Assembly (NCBI GenBank): GCA_963668025.2
Contig: CAXXTH010000017.1
Coordinates: forward strand, 1,504,001 to 1,568,000
DNA from: Candidatus Hydrogenedentota bacterium
GTDB lineage: Bacteria > Hydrogenedentota > Hydrogenedentia > Hydrogenedentales > SLHB01
Reading direction: 5' to 3'
DNA length: 64,000 bases
In this document: positions 38,230 to 48,346 of the stretch, piece after piece
Layout of the letters: every line of letters starts with the position of its first letter
Numbering within the stretch: the stretch's first letter is position 1
Notes under the pieces: model-generated
The model's input: the letters and a program-made list of their open reading frames with translations, nothing else
Database searches by the model: none
Told to the model about the DNA's origin: nothing
Position numbers and translations under genes: made by a program

Positions 38230-40632
38230 GTGAGGATGCATCTCAAACAGCTTGCGCCAGCGTTGTTGCTGATCGCGGCGATATGTGTAGCGCCGGGCGC
38301 TTACGCCTTTTTCCCGCTGGGCAGCTTCGTGGGGTATGAATTCGTTAAAGTGGGCTGGCCGCTGGATTATATGGACAGAAATGGCGACGGGGACGTGAGC
38401 GGCGCTAACGAAGGCGTGCCCATCACCATCGAAGGCGGCGATTGGGGATTTTCCTCCACCCAACAAGCGTTGATACAGTCCGGATTTGAAACTTGGAATG
38501 AAGTATCTTCATCGTATCTGAAGTTTTATTTTACGGATGAAGTGCAAAGCCCGGATCACGTCTCGAATCCCAATGAGCCACTCACATTTAATGAAGCGGA
38601 TATCGCGAATATCGATGGTTTCAATTATGTCGGCTGTGTAAACCGCGACCAAGATATTTTGGATGATGATGTGTTGTGCTACACATGGATGGTTTATATT
38701 ATTGAAGACACTGTTGTTGAGTATAACGGCCAGCAAGTTCTTGTTTCAGGCCCGGCCATTCTTGATGTGGACACGGCGATTGTTGGCGCGGAAACACAAA
38801 ACTCTGATGAGATCGGCGGCTCAATTCGTATGCCTCTGCGTTCTCTAGCCACGCGTTTCGCGGGGCTTACTTTAGGGCTGAATACAAGCCCGCTGCATAA
38901 TACTACATCGTATTATTTGGTTGTGGATGCGGAAGACGAGGATACCTTTTACCGTATTGATGCGGAAGAGCGTGTTGTGGCTCAGCGGAACTCCGCTGGC
39001 GAGATCAACATGGTGGGCGTAACATCCACTATGACCCCGGAGCTCTATCTTTATGAAGCCGGTGACGATGATATTATCCGATGCACGTGGGAAGATCTGG
39101 CTCCGGATGACATGGCTGGGATGACGTTTTTATATCCTCGTGAAGACCAGACCAATCTTTTTACATTTGATCATCAAGCTTGGTATGACACGACAGTGGG
39201 ATATCCTTCGGAGCCTATTAGCGGCGGATATGTCAGGCTTTGGTGCGACACCGATAATGATTCTTCGACGGCCCGAGTGCCTATGTATGACACATACACG
39301 GCATTGTATGAGAGCATGGAGCAGCCCATAGCAACAGGAAAGTTCCAGCTTCCATGCATATATAAGCTTCTGGAGACCGCTGACGCTGAGGCCTTTAATG
39401 CAACCTATACCGTTACTCTGCAAAAGAACACGGTAAAAACTCTCTATATGACTGATTTGGATAAATATGATGATTACTCTATGAGCGCTAACGACTCTAC
39501 GCATGGTGGCGAGATGAATTTCTCTGCTGCCACAAAAGCATATCCCGATCAAACCTTCCTGGAAGGCGGCACCAATATTTACGATGTAAATACTCCCGAC
39601 AATGGTACGCCACTTACGTACGATCCCTACCGCTCGAAGATCGTGAGCGTGGACAGCGACAAGACGCTGGCTCAACTGCTTCCGGGAACCATGCCCATGT
39701 TTGGCAATAGCACCAGCGAGGTGGTGTGCCCGTTGAACATGGTGGTGGGTTCGTTGAAGAGCGCGCAGCTTCCGGGCAGCCTGCGCCATTTCCGGGATGA
39801 CGTGCTGTTGCAATCGGCGGCGGGTTCCGCGCTGGTGGACCTCTATTATAATTGGGCTCCGGGCGCGGCGGCGTATTTGCTGCGCAACGAGTCGGCCATG
39901 GCCGTGGCGGGCCGGGCGGCGCGGTGCGTGGAATGGTCCATGGAGCATCGCCAAGCGGTGACAAGTGCGGGGTGCGTGGCGCTGCTGGCCATGCTGGGTT
40001 CTTGGATGGCGTTGCGGAAACGGGCGCGGACTGCGTTGTTTCTGGCGCTGGGCGCGGCGTTGCTGGCCGTGACCCCGTCGGCCTATGCGCAGACCTCTAC
40101 TCCGATGACGCTGGACCGCCTGGTTCTGCGCGCGGATGATATCGTAGCGGGCCAAGTGACTTCCGTGGAATGTCGCTGGGAAAATAAAACCCAGATTGTC
40201 ACGGACATTACCGTGCAACTGTCTGAGCGCCTGAAAGGAGATTTGAACCGTGATGCGGAGATTCATTTCACCCAATTAGGGGGGCGCATGGGAAGCATCG
40301 TCGCCGAATCCTCCGCGCTGCCGGGCTGGAAATCGGGTGAAGAAGTCTTGTTGTTCCTGAAGGAAAACGACCGTTTCGGTTTTTCCCTCGTAGCGGGCCG
40401 GTATGGCAAATGCCCGGTGGTTGTGGATTCCACAACGGGTGCAAAGAGCGTATCGGGCCGACATTTAATGCGTTCCGGCACGCCCAAATCGCTAAAAATG
40501 ACGAATACCCAGGTGCAAGCGGTGCAGGCATCTGAAACCGAAGGAGCACAGGCGGACGCCATTGCTCTCGATACTTTAAAAGAAAAAGTGCAAGTGATCA
40601 TGCAGCGAGAGGCGCAAAAAGCGGAAGCGTAA
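38230..40632 (+). CDS. Secreted matrixin-like pseudo-protease with degenerate CFI-box-CTERM and extra C-terminal domain
   Basis: FETWNEV, ILDVD, TMTP and LAPDDMAGMTFLYP resemble M10 peptidases but the zinc motif is replaced; CPL...LRHFRDDVLL...YYNWAP; TM; second signal-like segment. Confidence 0.7.
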   Translation: MRMHLKQLAPALLLIAAICVAPGAYAFFPLGSFVGYEFVKVGWPLDYMDRNGDGDVSGANEGVPITIEGGDWGFSSTQQALIQSGFETWNEVSSSYLKFYFTDEVQSPDHVSNPNEPLTFNEADIANIDGFNYVGCVNRDQDILDDDVLCYTWMVYIIEDTVVEYNGQQVLVSGPAILDVDTAIVGAETQNSDEIGGSIRMPLRSLATRFAGLTLGLNTSPLHNTTSYYLVVDAEDEDTFYRIDAEERVVAQRNSAGEINMVGVTSTMTPELYLYEAGDDDIIRCTWEDLAPDDMAGMTFLYPREDQTNLFTFDHQAWYDTTVGYPSEPISGGYVRLWCDTDNDSSTARVPMYDTYTALYESMEQPIATGKFQLPCIYKLLETADAEAFNATYTVTLQKNTVKTLYMTDLDKYDDYSMSANDSTHGGEMNFSAATKAYPDQTFLEGGTNIYDVNTPDNGTPLTYDPYRSKIVSVDSDKTLAQLLPGTMPMFGNSTSEVVCPLNMVVGSLKSAQLPGSLRHFRDDVLLQSAAGSALVDLYYNWAPGAAAYLLRNESAMAVAGRAARCVEWSMEHRQAVTSAGCVALLAMLGSWMALRKRARTALFLALGAALLAVTPSAYAQTSTPMTLDRLVLRADDIVAGQVTSVECRWENKTQIVTDITVQLSERLKGDLNRDAEIHFTQLGGRMGSIVAESSALPGWKSGEEVLLFLKENDRFGFSLVAGRYGKCPVVVDSTTGAKSVSGRHLMRSGTPKSLKMTNTQVQAVQASETEGAQADAIALDTLKEKVQVIMQREAQKAEA

Positions 40633-40668
40633 CGGAACCTTTTTCTTGAATGCGTGTTGAACACACCT

Positions 40669-40696
40669 GGGGGGATTATTCCCCCCTTTTTTTTTT
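40669..40696 (+). terminator. Rho-independent terminator
   Basis: GGGGGGATTATTCCCCCC followed by T10. Confidence 0.8.
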
Positions 40697-40980
40697 GATT
40701 AGGATATGCGCGAATGGGCTTCGGGGCCAGATATTTTTTATCGCATATTGCAACGTTTTGAGGGAAAGGATACACTGAGTGAAGTGAGACAGACTATGCC
40801 TGCTTGAAGGCCAATGGCGCGCTTTAGGGCATAGCCGCTTGTCAACCCGGTGCGTCTAGAAGCCGTTATTTTTCATGGCGAGTGCCGTTTGGGTTGAGTT
40901 AAATCTGTTTTCGCGGAGCGGGCAAGCGCTGGTGCGCCACGCATGCGAAGCTGCGGGATTACACGTGATGAGGGAAACAT

Positions 40981-42012
40981 ATGCTGCGAGGATTGTTAAT
41001 ACGCCAGTTCTTACTGGCGGCGGATTTGCTACTGGCGATATTGGTGCTGGCGGCGGCGTATTTGGCGGTGGCGCGGCTATTTGATTCGCAGGCGCCTTCG
41101 CAGGCGGTGGCCGTTCCAAAAGGAACGACGGAAGAAGTGAAAAACATTTTTCGGGATCCAGTGGATCGCACGGCCTATGCTTCGATTATCAGCGTGGGCT
41201 TGTATGGGGCTTCGGCTTCGGTGGAAAAGGTGGTGCAGGAGCAGAATGCATCAAAAGAACCGGATGTTATCGAGACATCCTTGCCGTTGCGACTGTTTGG
41301 CACCGCTGCGGCATCCGCCAAGGATCCGCTAGGTTCCGCCGTAATTGAAAGTTCTGCTACCGGCGCGCCTTTAGTGGAAACGTATTTTCTCGGGCAAAAA
41401 GTCATTCGAAATGTGGTGCTCGAGGAGATTCATCTTACGGAAGTGATTTTATACAACCCGGACGATAACACGAGAGAAGTGCTGCGTAGCGAAGGCGCGA
41501 TGACCGCCCAGGAAACAGCGGCGGCTGCAACGAATGTGGCGGCGGCTGAGGGGCCTGGCGCGCCTCCGGGAGCGCGTGGCGGCACTGCTGGAGCGGGAGA
41601 GCGTTTGGCGATGGCCTCAGGCGGTAGCGCGGCGTCAAAGCTGCAACAAGCAGGCGCGTCCGCTGCCGGAAAGCCGGGCGCTACGAAGCGGGTCGATTTG
41701 AATAAAAATGAAGTGGCGCAGGCCATTTCCAAATTGAACCTCGCGCAAGCGTATGCCGAATTAAGCCCTTCCATGGCGACGGATGCGTCGGGCAATCCCA
41801 TTGGGCTTACGGCGAATAACATCAGCAATTTCCCGCTGGCCCAGCAGTTTGGGTTTCAAAATGGAGATATCATTACAAAGATTAACGGCGTAGATATCGA
41901 TAGTGAACAGCGGGCGTTTGAAGTAGTGAACCGGTTTCAGAATTCCACGACACACTATGTGACAGTGCAGCGGAATGGCCAGACTGTACAATTGGAATTC
42001 AGACTGCAATAG
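40981..42012 (+). CDS. gspC: T2SS protein C (TM, HR domain, PDZ)
   Basis: N-terminal TM, LPLRLFGT HR domain, GFQNGDIITKING PDZ; lies before the secretin. Confidence 0.8.
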   Translation: MLRGLLIRQFLLAADLLLAILVLAAAYLAVARLFDSQAPSQAVAVPKGTTEEVKNIFRDPVDRTAYASIISVGLYGASASVEKVVQEQNASKEPDVIETSLPLRLFGTAAASAKDPLGSAVIESSATGAPLVETYFLGQKVIRNVVLEEIHLTEVILYNPDDNTREVLRSEGAMTAQETAAAATNVAAAEGPGAPPGARGGTAGAGERLAMASGGSAASKLQQAGASAAGKPGATKRVDLNKNEVAQAISKLNLAQAYAELSPSMATDASGNPIGLTANNISNFPLAQQFGFQNGDIITKINGVDIDSEQRAFEVVNRFQNSTTHYVTVQRNGQTVQLEFRLQ

Positions 42013-42058
42013 GCGAAAAAAACATGCGTTACTCAACTTTCTGTAGGGGGGCCCTTCA

Positions 42059-44707
42059 ATGAGGTCATTTCGCCTGGTGACGGCGGTGTGCGTGTTCAGT
42101 TGTGCCATCATGTTGTTTTCGCCTGAGAGCCGGGCGGAACAGGCGCGCGCGGCGGATGAATATATGCTTGTTGCTCAGAACGATGGCCCGGAACCGATTG
42201 ATGAACAAGGATCTGCGGAACCTGCTCCTCCTGACGGCGCTCCTCCTGAAGGTGGCGGCGCGCCGCCCATGCCGCCAGAAAACGCGGAAAGCCCGCCTGC
42301 GGAACAACCACAGCCAGGGGCAGTCCAGCTCCCGCAACGCCCCAATTTACCGTCCCGAAACGCAGTCAATCGTTCTTCATCCGCGCTGCCTGGACTGGCT
42401 GCGCCTGGTGGGCGCACGACTTCCACGTTGCCGGGTGGGCCGAAATCTGGGAATATCACGCCGAATCCGCCGGTCATCACGCCCGTGGGAGCCGAGCAAG
42501 GCATCACTCCGGCTGGTGTCGGGCGGCCTACGGATGGAAAATCCGCCACCGAACCGGTCAATGTATATTTCTGGCAGACGGAGCTAGGTGAGATTGTCAA
42601 AGCGATTGGCGCCCAGACGGGGAAGAATTTTCTGTTTGATCCGCAGATGGGCCAAACATTGGTGACGCTGGTAGGCCATGCCCCAATCCAGTCGGATATG
42701 CTGCTTCCCTTGCTCCAATCAGTGCTGACCACATATGGCTTTACGATGCGGGAGAGCCTGGATGGCAATATCATAAAGATCCGTCCTTTGAATCAAGACG
42801 ACGAAATGTCGGAAATGTCCGTTGGCCAAGTAATACCGAACGGATTTGAGGAGTACAGCACCCATATTGTGCCGGTTCAATTCGCTAAAGCGGAGGAGCT
42901 TGCGAATCTCCTTCCTTCGCTGGGCTCGGCGATTGCCAAAGTTAATGCGTATGGTCCTACTAATACGCTCATTATAACGGACAATTCATTCGGCGTGCGG
43001 CGGATGCTCGAGTTCATCTCGGAAGTGGATATTCCCGGCTCGGAGATCGTGATGGAGATGTTCCATCTCGATTACGCCCGTGCCGAAGATGTGGCGGAGC
43101 AGCTTGTGCAAGTATTGCTGGAATCGGAATCTGGCGGCTCGGCGCAAAGCAACCGGCAGGTGCAGCCCATGCGGCAGCCTATGCGCCCCGTGCCAGGCCA
43201 AACCCAGCAGACGATTGTGAGCACGGAAGAGCCGCAGTTGCGGGTAGTGCCTGATGAGCGGTTGAATATGGTCATGGTGATGGCCACTAAGTCCCTCATG
43301 GACCAAGTCCGCGTGTTGATTGACGCCCTCGATACGCCGACACGGCCCGATTCCAATAACATGCACGTCTATAACTTGAAAAATGCGGATGCGGAGACAT
43401 TGGCGGAAACTTTAAATGCGTTAATTAATGGCACTACCTCTTCGTCATCGTCTTCTTCAAGCAATAACCGTTCTTCTTCTTCCTCTTCCTCGAATAGAAA
43501 TGCATCCGCCGATCAGCGCAATTCGCGCAGTGGGCAGCAATCCTCTAACCGCAATTCGAGCGGAGTGGATATACAGGCGTTCGAAAAAGATGTCGTGATC
43601 GAGAGTTATGATTCGACAAATTCACTTGTGGTTGTGGCGACTCCGCAAGATTACCTTGTGATCAGCGAATTGATAGAACAACTGGACCGGCCCCAGCGCC
43701 AAGTGCATGTCGAGTCCATTATCATGGAAGTCGTGATTGATGATTCCTTCGAGTTAAGCACGGAACTGCTCTCGCTCGGCGGATATGATGGTTTTGCGCT
43801 GAATAATATCGTCAATCTCGGCAATCTAATGGCGAATGGGCCGATCAGCACAATATCGGGCGATAGCTTTTCGGGGCTGCAAGGCCTGACCACCGGTATT
43901 CTCGATGGCACCATGACGCTTCCGGTTTCCGATGGGGAAGGCGGATGGACCAGCCAGGAGTTTCCAAAAATCCCCGTGCTGCTCCGGGCGCTGGACACCG
44001 TTACGACTACCGATGTGTTGTCCCAGCCCATGCTGACCACGGTGGATAATGAAGAGGCCAGCATCGTCATCGGCCAGGAGGTGCCTGTCACCACCGGCTC
44101 ACAGACTTCCACCAATACCGACAGCACGCTCTATAGTAATATTGAGCGCAAGGATGTCGGTGTGAAGATGACGCTGACGCCCCAGATCAGCCAGGGCGAT
44201 TATGTGAATTTGGAGCTCGAAGTGGAGGTTTCCGCGGTGGCCACGGCCACTTCCTCTACTGGGGATGTCGATGTGTTAGGGCCCACGTTCACCAAATCGA
44301 ATGTGACGAACAATGTCGTGATCCGGGATGGCTCCACGGGTATTGTGGGCGGCTTGATCCAGGATAGCCGGATACGGAATAACGACCAGACGCCGATCCT
44401 AGGGGATATCCCCGTACTTGGCCGGCTGTTCGGCAGCAAGACCGACAATCATGACAAGCGCAATTTGGTGGTGCTGGTCACGCCAACTATCGTCAAGGAT
44501 GGCGTGGATTCCGACCGCTTAACGAAACAGAATATCGAAGATTTCCAGAGCTACAATATGGACTCGCTGTTTGAATCGGGGTTCATCAAGAAGATTAAAA
44601 AGAGGCACACCGAACGGATACATGACCGGCCGACGGAAAACCGGATAAAGAAGCTATCGGAGACGACGCCCGAATTGAACCTGAATGTTTCTGGGCAGCA
44701 GCAATGA
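42059..44707 (+). CDS. gspD: T2SS secretin
   Basis: TGKNFLFDP N0, N1-N3 repeats, LDRPQRQVHVESIIMEV, TPILGDIPVLGRLF, NLVVLVTPTIV. Confidence 0.95.
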   Translation: MRSFRLVTAVCVFSCAIMLFSPESRAEQARAADEYMLVAQNDGPEPIDEQGSAEPAPPDGAPPEGGGAPPMPPENAESPPAEQPQPGAVQLPQRPNLPSRNAVNRSSSALPGLAAPGGRTTSTLPGGPKSGNITPNPPVITPVGAEQGITPAGVGRPTDGKSATEPVNVYFWQTELGEIVKAIGAQTGKNFLFDPQMGQTLVTLVGHAPIQSDMLLPLLQSVLTTYGFTMRESLDGNIIKIRPLNQDDEMSEMSVGQVIPNGFEEYSTHIVPVQFAKAEELANLLPSLGSAIAKVNAYGPTNTLIITDNSFGVRRMLEFISEVDIPGSEIVMEMFHLDYARAEDVAEQLVQVLLESESGGSAQSNRQVQPMRQPMRPVPGQTQQTIVSTEEPQLRVVPDERLNMVMVMATKSLMDQVRVLIDALDTPTRPDSNNMHVYNLKNADAETLAETLNALINGTTSSSSSSSSNNRSSSSSSSNRNASADQRNSRSGQQSSNRNSSGVDIQAFEKDVVIESYDSTNSLVVVATPQDYLVISELIEQLDRPQRQVHVESIIMEVVIDDSFELSTELLSLGGYDGFALNNIVNLGNLMANGPISTISGDSFSGLQGLTTGILDGTMTLPVSDGEGGWTSQEFPKIPVLLRALDTVTTTDVLSQPMLTTVDNEEASIVIGQEVPVTTGSQTSTNTDSTLYSNIERKDVGVKMTLTPQISQGDYVNLELEVEVSAVATATSSTGDVDVLGPTFTKSNVTNNVVIRDGSTGIVGGLIQDSRIRNNDQTPILGDIPVLGRLFGSKTDNHDKRNLVVLVTPTIVKDGVDSDRLTKQNIEDFQSYNMDSLFESGFIKKIKKRHTERIHDRPTENRIKKLSETTPELNLNVSGQQQ

Positions 44708-46458
44708 ATATAGCGATAGGCGAATATCAAAATCATCAGGAACGGGAATTATGCGGCATTTTGCTCGCGCATGGACGCATCCATGCCGAGCAAGTGGCGG
44801 AGGCGTTCGAGCTGCAAAAGATCCGCCCCAAGCGTATTGGGCAAGTTTTGCTGGATTTGGGTTATATCGAGGAGGACCATCTGCTCGAGGCCTATAGCGA
44901 ACAGTTCGGGATTCCATTTGATCCCGATGTGCGCAATCAATTGGATTCCTCGTTGACGACGAAAGCGCCTATTGGATTCATTCGCGAGTACGGAATGGTG
45001 CCGTATAAAAAGAATGGGTCTTCCTTTTACGTGGCGGTGAGCGATCCGGCCAATTTGCTTCCACTGGATGACTTGCGCTTGCTGCTCGGGGGAAGCGTCG
45101 AGCCGGTCATCTGCCGCCATGCGGACATCCAGTCCGTCATCGATAATTACTTCGATCAGCAGGGTGAAAACGCGGCGGATATGATCGACAGCATCGTTCT
45201 CGAGGAAGACGCCGATGAGCCGCATGCCATCGACCTAATGGAAACAGACCGGGATCTGCTGGACCTTGCGAATGAAGCGCCCATCATCAAGCTCATTAAT
45301 CTGCTTATTTCTGGCGCCGTGAAAGAGCGCGCCTCCGATATCCATGTGGAGCCATTCGAGCGGGAAGTCGAAGTGCGGTACCGGATCGATGGCGTGCTGT
45401 ACCATAAGTTCACCGTTCGCAAATCCCAACAGGCGGCGGTGGTGTCGCGCATTAAAATCATGGCGCGATTGAATATCGCGGAACACCGGCTTCCGCAAGA
45501 TGGGCGCATCAAGATCCGTTTGAGCGGTAAAGAGATTGATATCCGCGTCTCGGTCATCCCTGTACAGCACGGCGAACGCGTGGTGATGCGTATCCTCGAA
45601 AAAGGCTCCTTCCTGCTGGGCCTCGAGGAACTGGGCATGGACCGGCATGACTATTCGCTGGTGGACAAGATCATCAAGAGCTCCCACGGGATTATTCTCG
45701 TGACGGGCCCTACGGGTTCCGGCAAGTCCACGACACTATATGCGGCGCTGCAGCGGGTGTTGTCGCCCGATATCAATGTCATCACGGTGGAAGACCCGGT
45801 GGAATACCAGATGCCCGGCGTGGGGCAAATCGAAGTAAAGCCGAAGATAGGCCTTACGTTCGCCCATGCGCTGAGGAGCATACTGCGGCAAGACCCGGAC
45901 GTGATTCTCGTGGGCGAGATCCGGGACCACGAAACTGCGGAAATGGCCGTGCATGCCTCGCTTACCGGCCACTTGGTTTTCGCGACCCTGCATACGAATG
46001 ACTCCGCCGGAGCGATAACTCGCCTGGTGAACATGGGCATCGAGCCGTTCCTGGTCACGTCCTCGACGATTGCCATCATGGCCCAGCGCTTGGTGCGCTG
46101 CATATGCCCCGAGTGCAAGGAACCATATGAGCCGGAACTATCAAGCCTTATCGAGCTGGGCGTGCCGGAAGCCGAGGCGAAGGGGCGCGTAATTTACCGG
46201 GGACGGGGCTGTGAACGCTGCCAAGGCCGGGGATATTACAGCCGGACGGGCATCTTCGAGCTGCTGGTGATGACGCCTCATTTGCAAAATCTGGTGTTGC
46301 GAGGCACCGACTCGAATATGATCAAGCGCGAGGCCAAACGGCATGGCATGCGGACCCTGCGCGAGGATGGAGCCCTCAAGGTGCTCCATGGAGCGACAAC
46401 CATCGAGGAAGTCATGCGGGTGACTCGCGACGATTTCCTCGACGACGTGGCGGACTAG
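44704..46458 (+). CDS. gspE: T2SS ATPase
   Basis: RASDIHVEP, LPQDGRI, GPTGSGKSTTLY, LRQDPDVILVGEIRD, CPEC/CERC. Confidence 0.95.
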   Translation: MNIAIGEYQNHQERELCGILLAHGRIHAEQVAEAFELQKIRPKRIGQVLLDLGYIEEDHLLEAYSEQFGIPFDPDVRNQLDSSLTTKAPIGFIREYGMVPYKKNGSSFYVAVSDPANLLPLDDLRLLLGGSVEPVICRHADIQSVIDNYFDQQGENAADMIDSIVLEEDADEPHAIDLMETDRDLLDLANEAPIIKLINLLISGAVKERASDIHVEPFEREVEVRYRIDGVLYHKFTVRKSQQAAVVSRIKIMARLNIAEHRLPQDGRIKIRLSGKEIDIRVSVIPVQHGERVVMRILEKGSFLLGLEELGMDRHDYSLVDKIIKSSHGIILVTGPTGSGKSTTLYAALQRVLSPDINVITVEDPVEYQMPGVGQIEVKPKIGLTFAHALRSILRQDPDVILVGEIRDHETAEMAVHASLTGHLVFATLHTNDSAGAITRLVNMGIEPFLVTSSTIAIMAQRLVRCICPECKEPYEPELSSLIELGVPEAEAKGRVIYRGRGCERCQGRGYYSRTGIFELLVMTPHLQNLVLRGTDSNMIKREAKRHGMRTLREDGALKVLHGATTIEEVMRVTRDDFLDDVAD

Positions 46459-46461
46459 CGC

Positions 46462-47682
46462 ATGGCTGTATACGAATACGATGCCATCGCGAAGTCTTCC
46501 GGCAAACGCGTGCGCGGAATGATTGACGCCGACTCCGCGGCGGTCGCGCGGCGCAAGCTGCGTGAACAGCAGTTGTTTCCCACCGAGATCCGCGAGAGTT
46601 TCTCATCGGGAAAAGGCAAATCCCCTTCCCAGCGGGGAGGAGGATTTGGCCGCATATCGCCCCGGGATGTATCGCTGATGACACGCCAGCTTGCAGTGCT
46701 CCTGCAAGCGGGCATGCCGCTGGTCGAGGGGCTGTCGGCGTTGATCGAGCAAACGCCGAATCCTCGTTTGCAGAAAATCGTCTATGATGTGCGTGACAAA
46801 GTGAATAGCGGTTCACGCCTAGCGGACGCCCTTTCGGGGCATGGGCGCGTGTTTCCCGATCTGTATGTCAATATGGTCGGAGCAGGTGAGGCGAGCGGGG
46901 CGCTCGAACAAGTGCTGTTCCGGCTGGCGGACATCCAAGAGCGGCAGGTGAAACTAAACCGGCGTATTCAGAATGCGCTGATGTATCCGATATTCATGTC
47001 GGTCGTGGGCCTCTCCGTGATCTCATTCTTAATGCTCTTCATTGTGCCCCGCATTACGGACATGTTCGCGAAGCAAAAACGCGAGCTTCCCGGCATTACG
47101 GAGTTTCTCATTGGCCTCTCAAAATTCGTGGGCCATTGGTGGCCTTTGCTCCTTGCGATACTGGCCGTTTCGATAGTGGGCTGGCGCATGTGGGTGCGGC
47201 GGCCATCGGGGCGGCGGAAGTGGGATGAATTCCGCCTGCGGATTCCGCTGTACAGCGGTTTGTATATCCGCTTGATGACGGGGCGGGTCGCGCGGACGCT
47301 GGGCACCATGCTGGGGAGCGGCCTCAGCATGATGGTGTCGCTGGATGTCGTGAAGAGCGTCGTGCAGAACCTCAAGGTCGAGGAAGCGATGGAGGACGTG
47401 AAAGCGAGCGTCCGGCGAGGCAAGGATTTATCCGTGCCATTGCGGGAAATGGGCATTTTCCCTCCAATGATGATCAGTATGGTGGAGCTTGGGCAGCGCA
47501 GCGGTGAGCTGGAAGCGATGCTGCTCAAAGTGGCGGATACGTATGACGATGAAGTCGAAACGAGCGTGGATGCGCTGGTGGGTCTGCTCGAACCGGCCAT
47601 GATCGTGGTGATGGCCTTGTTTGTAGGTTTTTTGGTCATCGCGATGCTGCTGCCCATCCTGCAGATGAGCTCCGGCGTGTGA
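46462..47682 (+). CDS. gspF: T2SS platform protein
   Basis: RQLAVLLQAGMPL, AGEASGAL, YP, GQRSGEL, LLEP. Confidence 0.93.
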   Translation: MAVYEYDAIAKSSGKRVRGMIDADSAAVARRKLREQQLFPTEIRESFSSGKGKSPSQRGGGFGRISPRDVSLMTRQLAVLLQAGMPLVEGLSALIEQTPNPRLQKIVYDVRDKVNSGSRLADALSGHGRVFPDLYVNMVGAGEASGALEQVLFRLADIQERQVKLNRRIQNALMYPIFMSVVGLSVISFLMLFIVPRITDMFAKQKRELPGITEFLIGLSKFVGHWWPLLLAILAVSIVGWRMWVRRPSGRRKWDEFRLRIPLYSGLYIRLMTGRVARTLGTMLGSGLSMMVSLDVVKSVVQNLKVEEAMEDVKASVRRGKDLSVPLREMGIFPPMMISMVELGQRSGELEAMLLKVADTYDDEVETSVDALVGLLEPAMIVVMALFVGFLVIAMLLPILQMSSGV

Positions 47683-47735
47683 CCATGATGCCATGTTATG
47701 GTGGAGAGCGGGCGAGCGCAATGGAGGTATTTAGC

Positions 47736-48179
47736 ATGAATCAAATAGAACATAAAGCCATGAACCGGAGAGAGCGGGGCTTTACGCTCGTCGAACTGAT
47801 GGTGGTGGTGGTGATTATTGGCATCCTGGCGGCGCTGGTGGTGCCTACATTCTTCAAACAAGCGGATAGGGCGAACGTGACTGCCGCCAAGGGGCAAATT
47901 AATCTGCTTAAAACGGCATTAGGCATGTATAAAATGGAATTCAAGCATTTCCCTTCCACCAGCGAGGGGCTTGAAGCGCTGATCAATAACGAGCGCGAGA
48001 AATTCCTCGATCAGGATCTCATCCCTCTAGACCCTTGGGGCTATCCGTATATATATGTATGCCCAGGCACCAATGGACATGATTTCGAGATCGTGTCTTA
48101 TGGAGCGGATGGCGCGCCTGGCGGCACGGGATATGACGCGGACATTTTCAGCTACGACTTATCCGACAAGGGCAACTAG
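47736..48179 (+). CDS. gspG: T2SS major pseudopilin
   Basis: RGFTLVELMVV, PSTSEGLEAL, DPWG, SYGADGAPGG...DADI. Confidence 0.95.
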   Translation: MNQIEHKAMNRRERGFTLVELMVVVVIIGILAALVVPTFFKQADRANVTAAKGQINLLKTALGMYKMEFKHFPSTSEGLEALINNEREKFLDQDLIPLDPWGYPYIYVCPGTNGHDFEIVSYGADGAPGGTGYDADIFSYDLSDKGN

Positions 48180-48243
48180 TAGTTTTTTCAGTTGAGTTTG
48201 AAGGCGCGGATGTTTGGCCTAGGGCGGTTCAAGATTGTATGTC

Positions 48244-48290
48244 GTGGCATGGGGTCCCGCCCATGTGCATGGCCGAGACGGCCACGCCAC
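48244..48290. repeat. Degenerate inverted REP doublet
   Basis: GTGGCATGGGGTCCCGCCCATG ... CATGGCCGAGACGGCCACGCCAC between gspG and gspH. Confidence 0.7.
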
Positions 48291-48346
48291 GGGAGATGAG
48301 AATCAATAGAGATGAAACATTAGTGTTCCAGCCAAATGGAGGCCGC

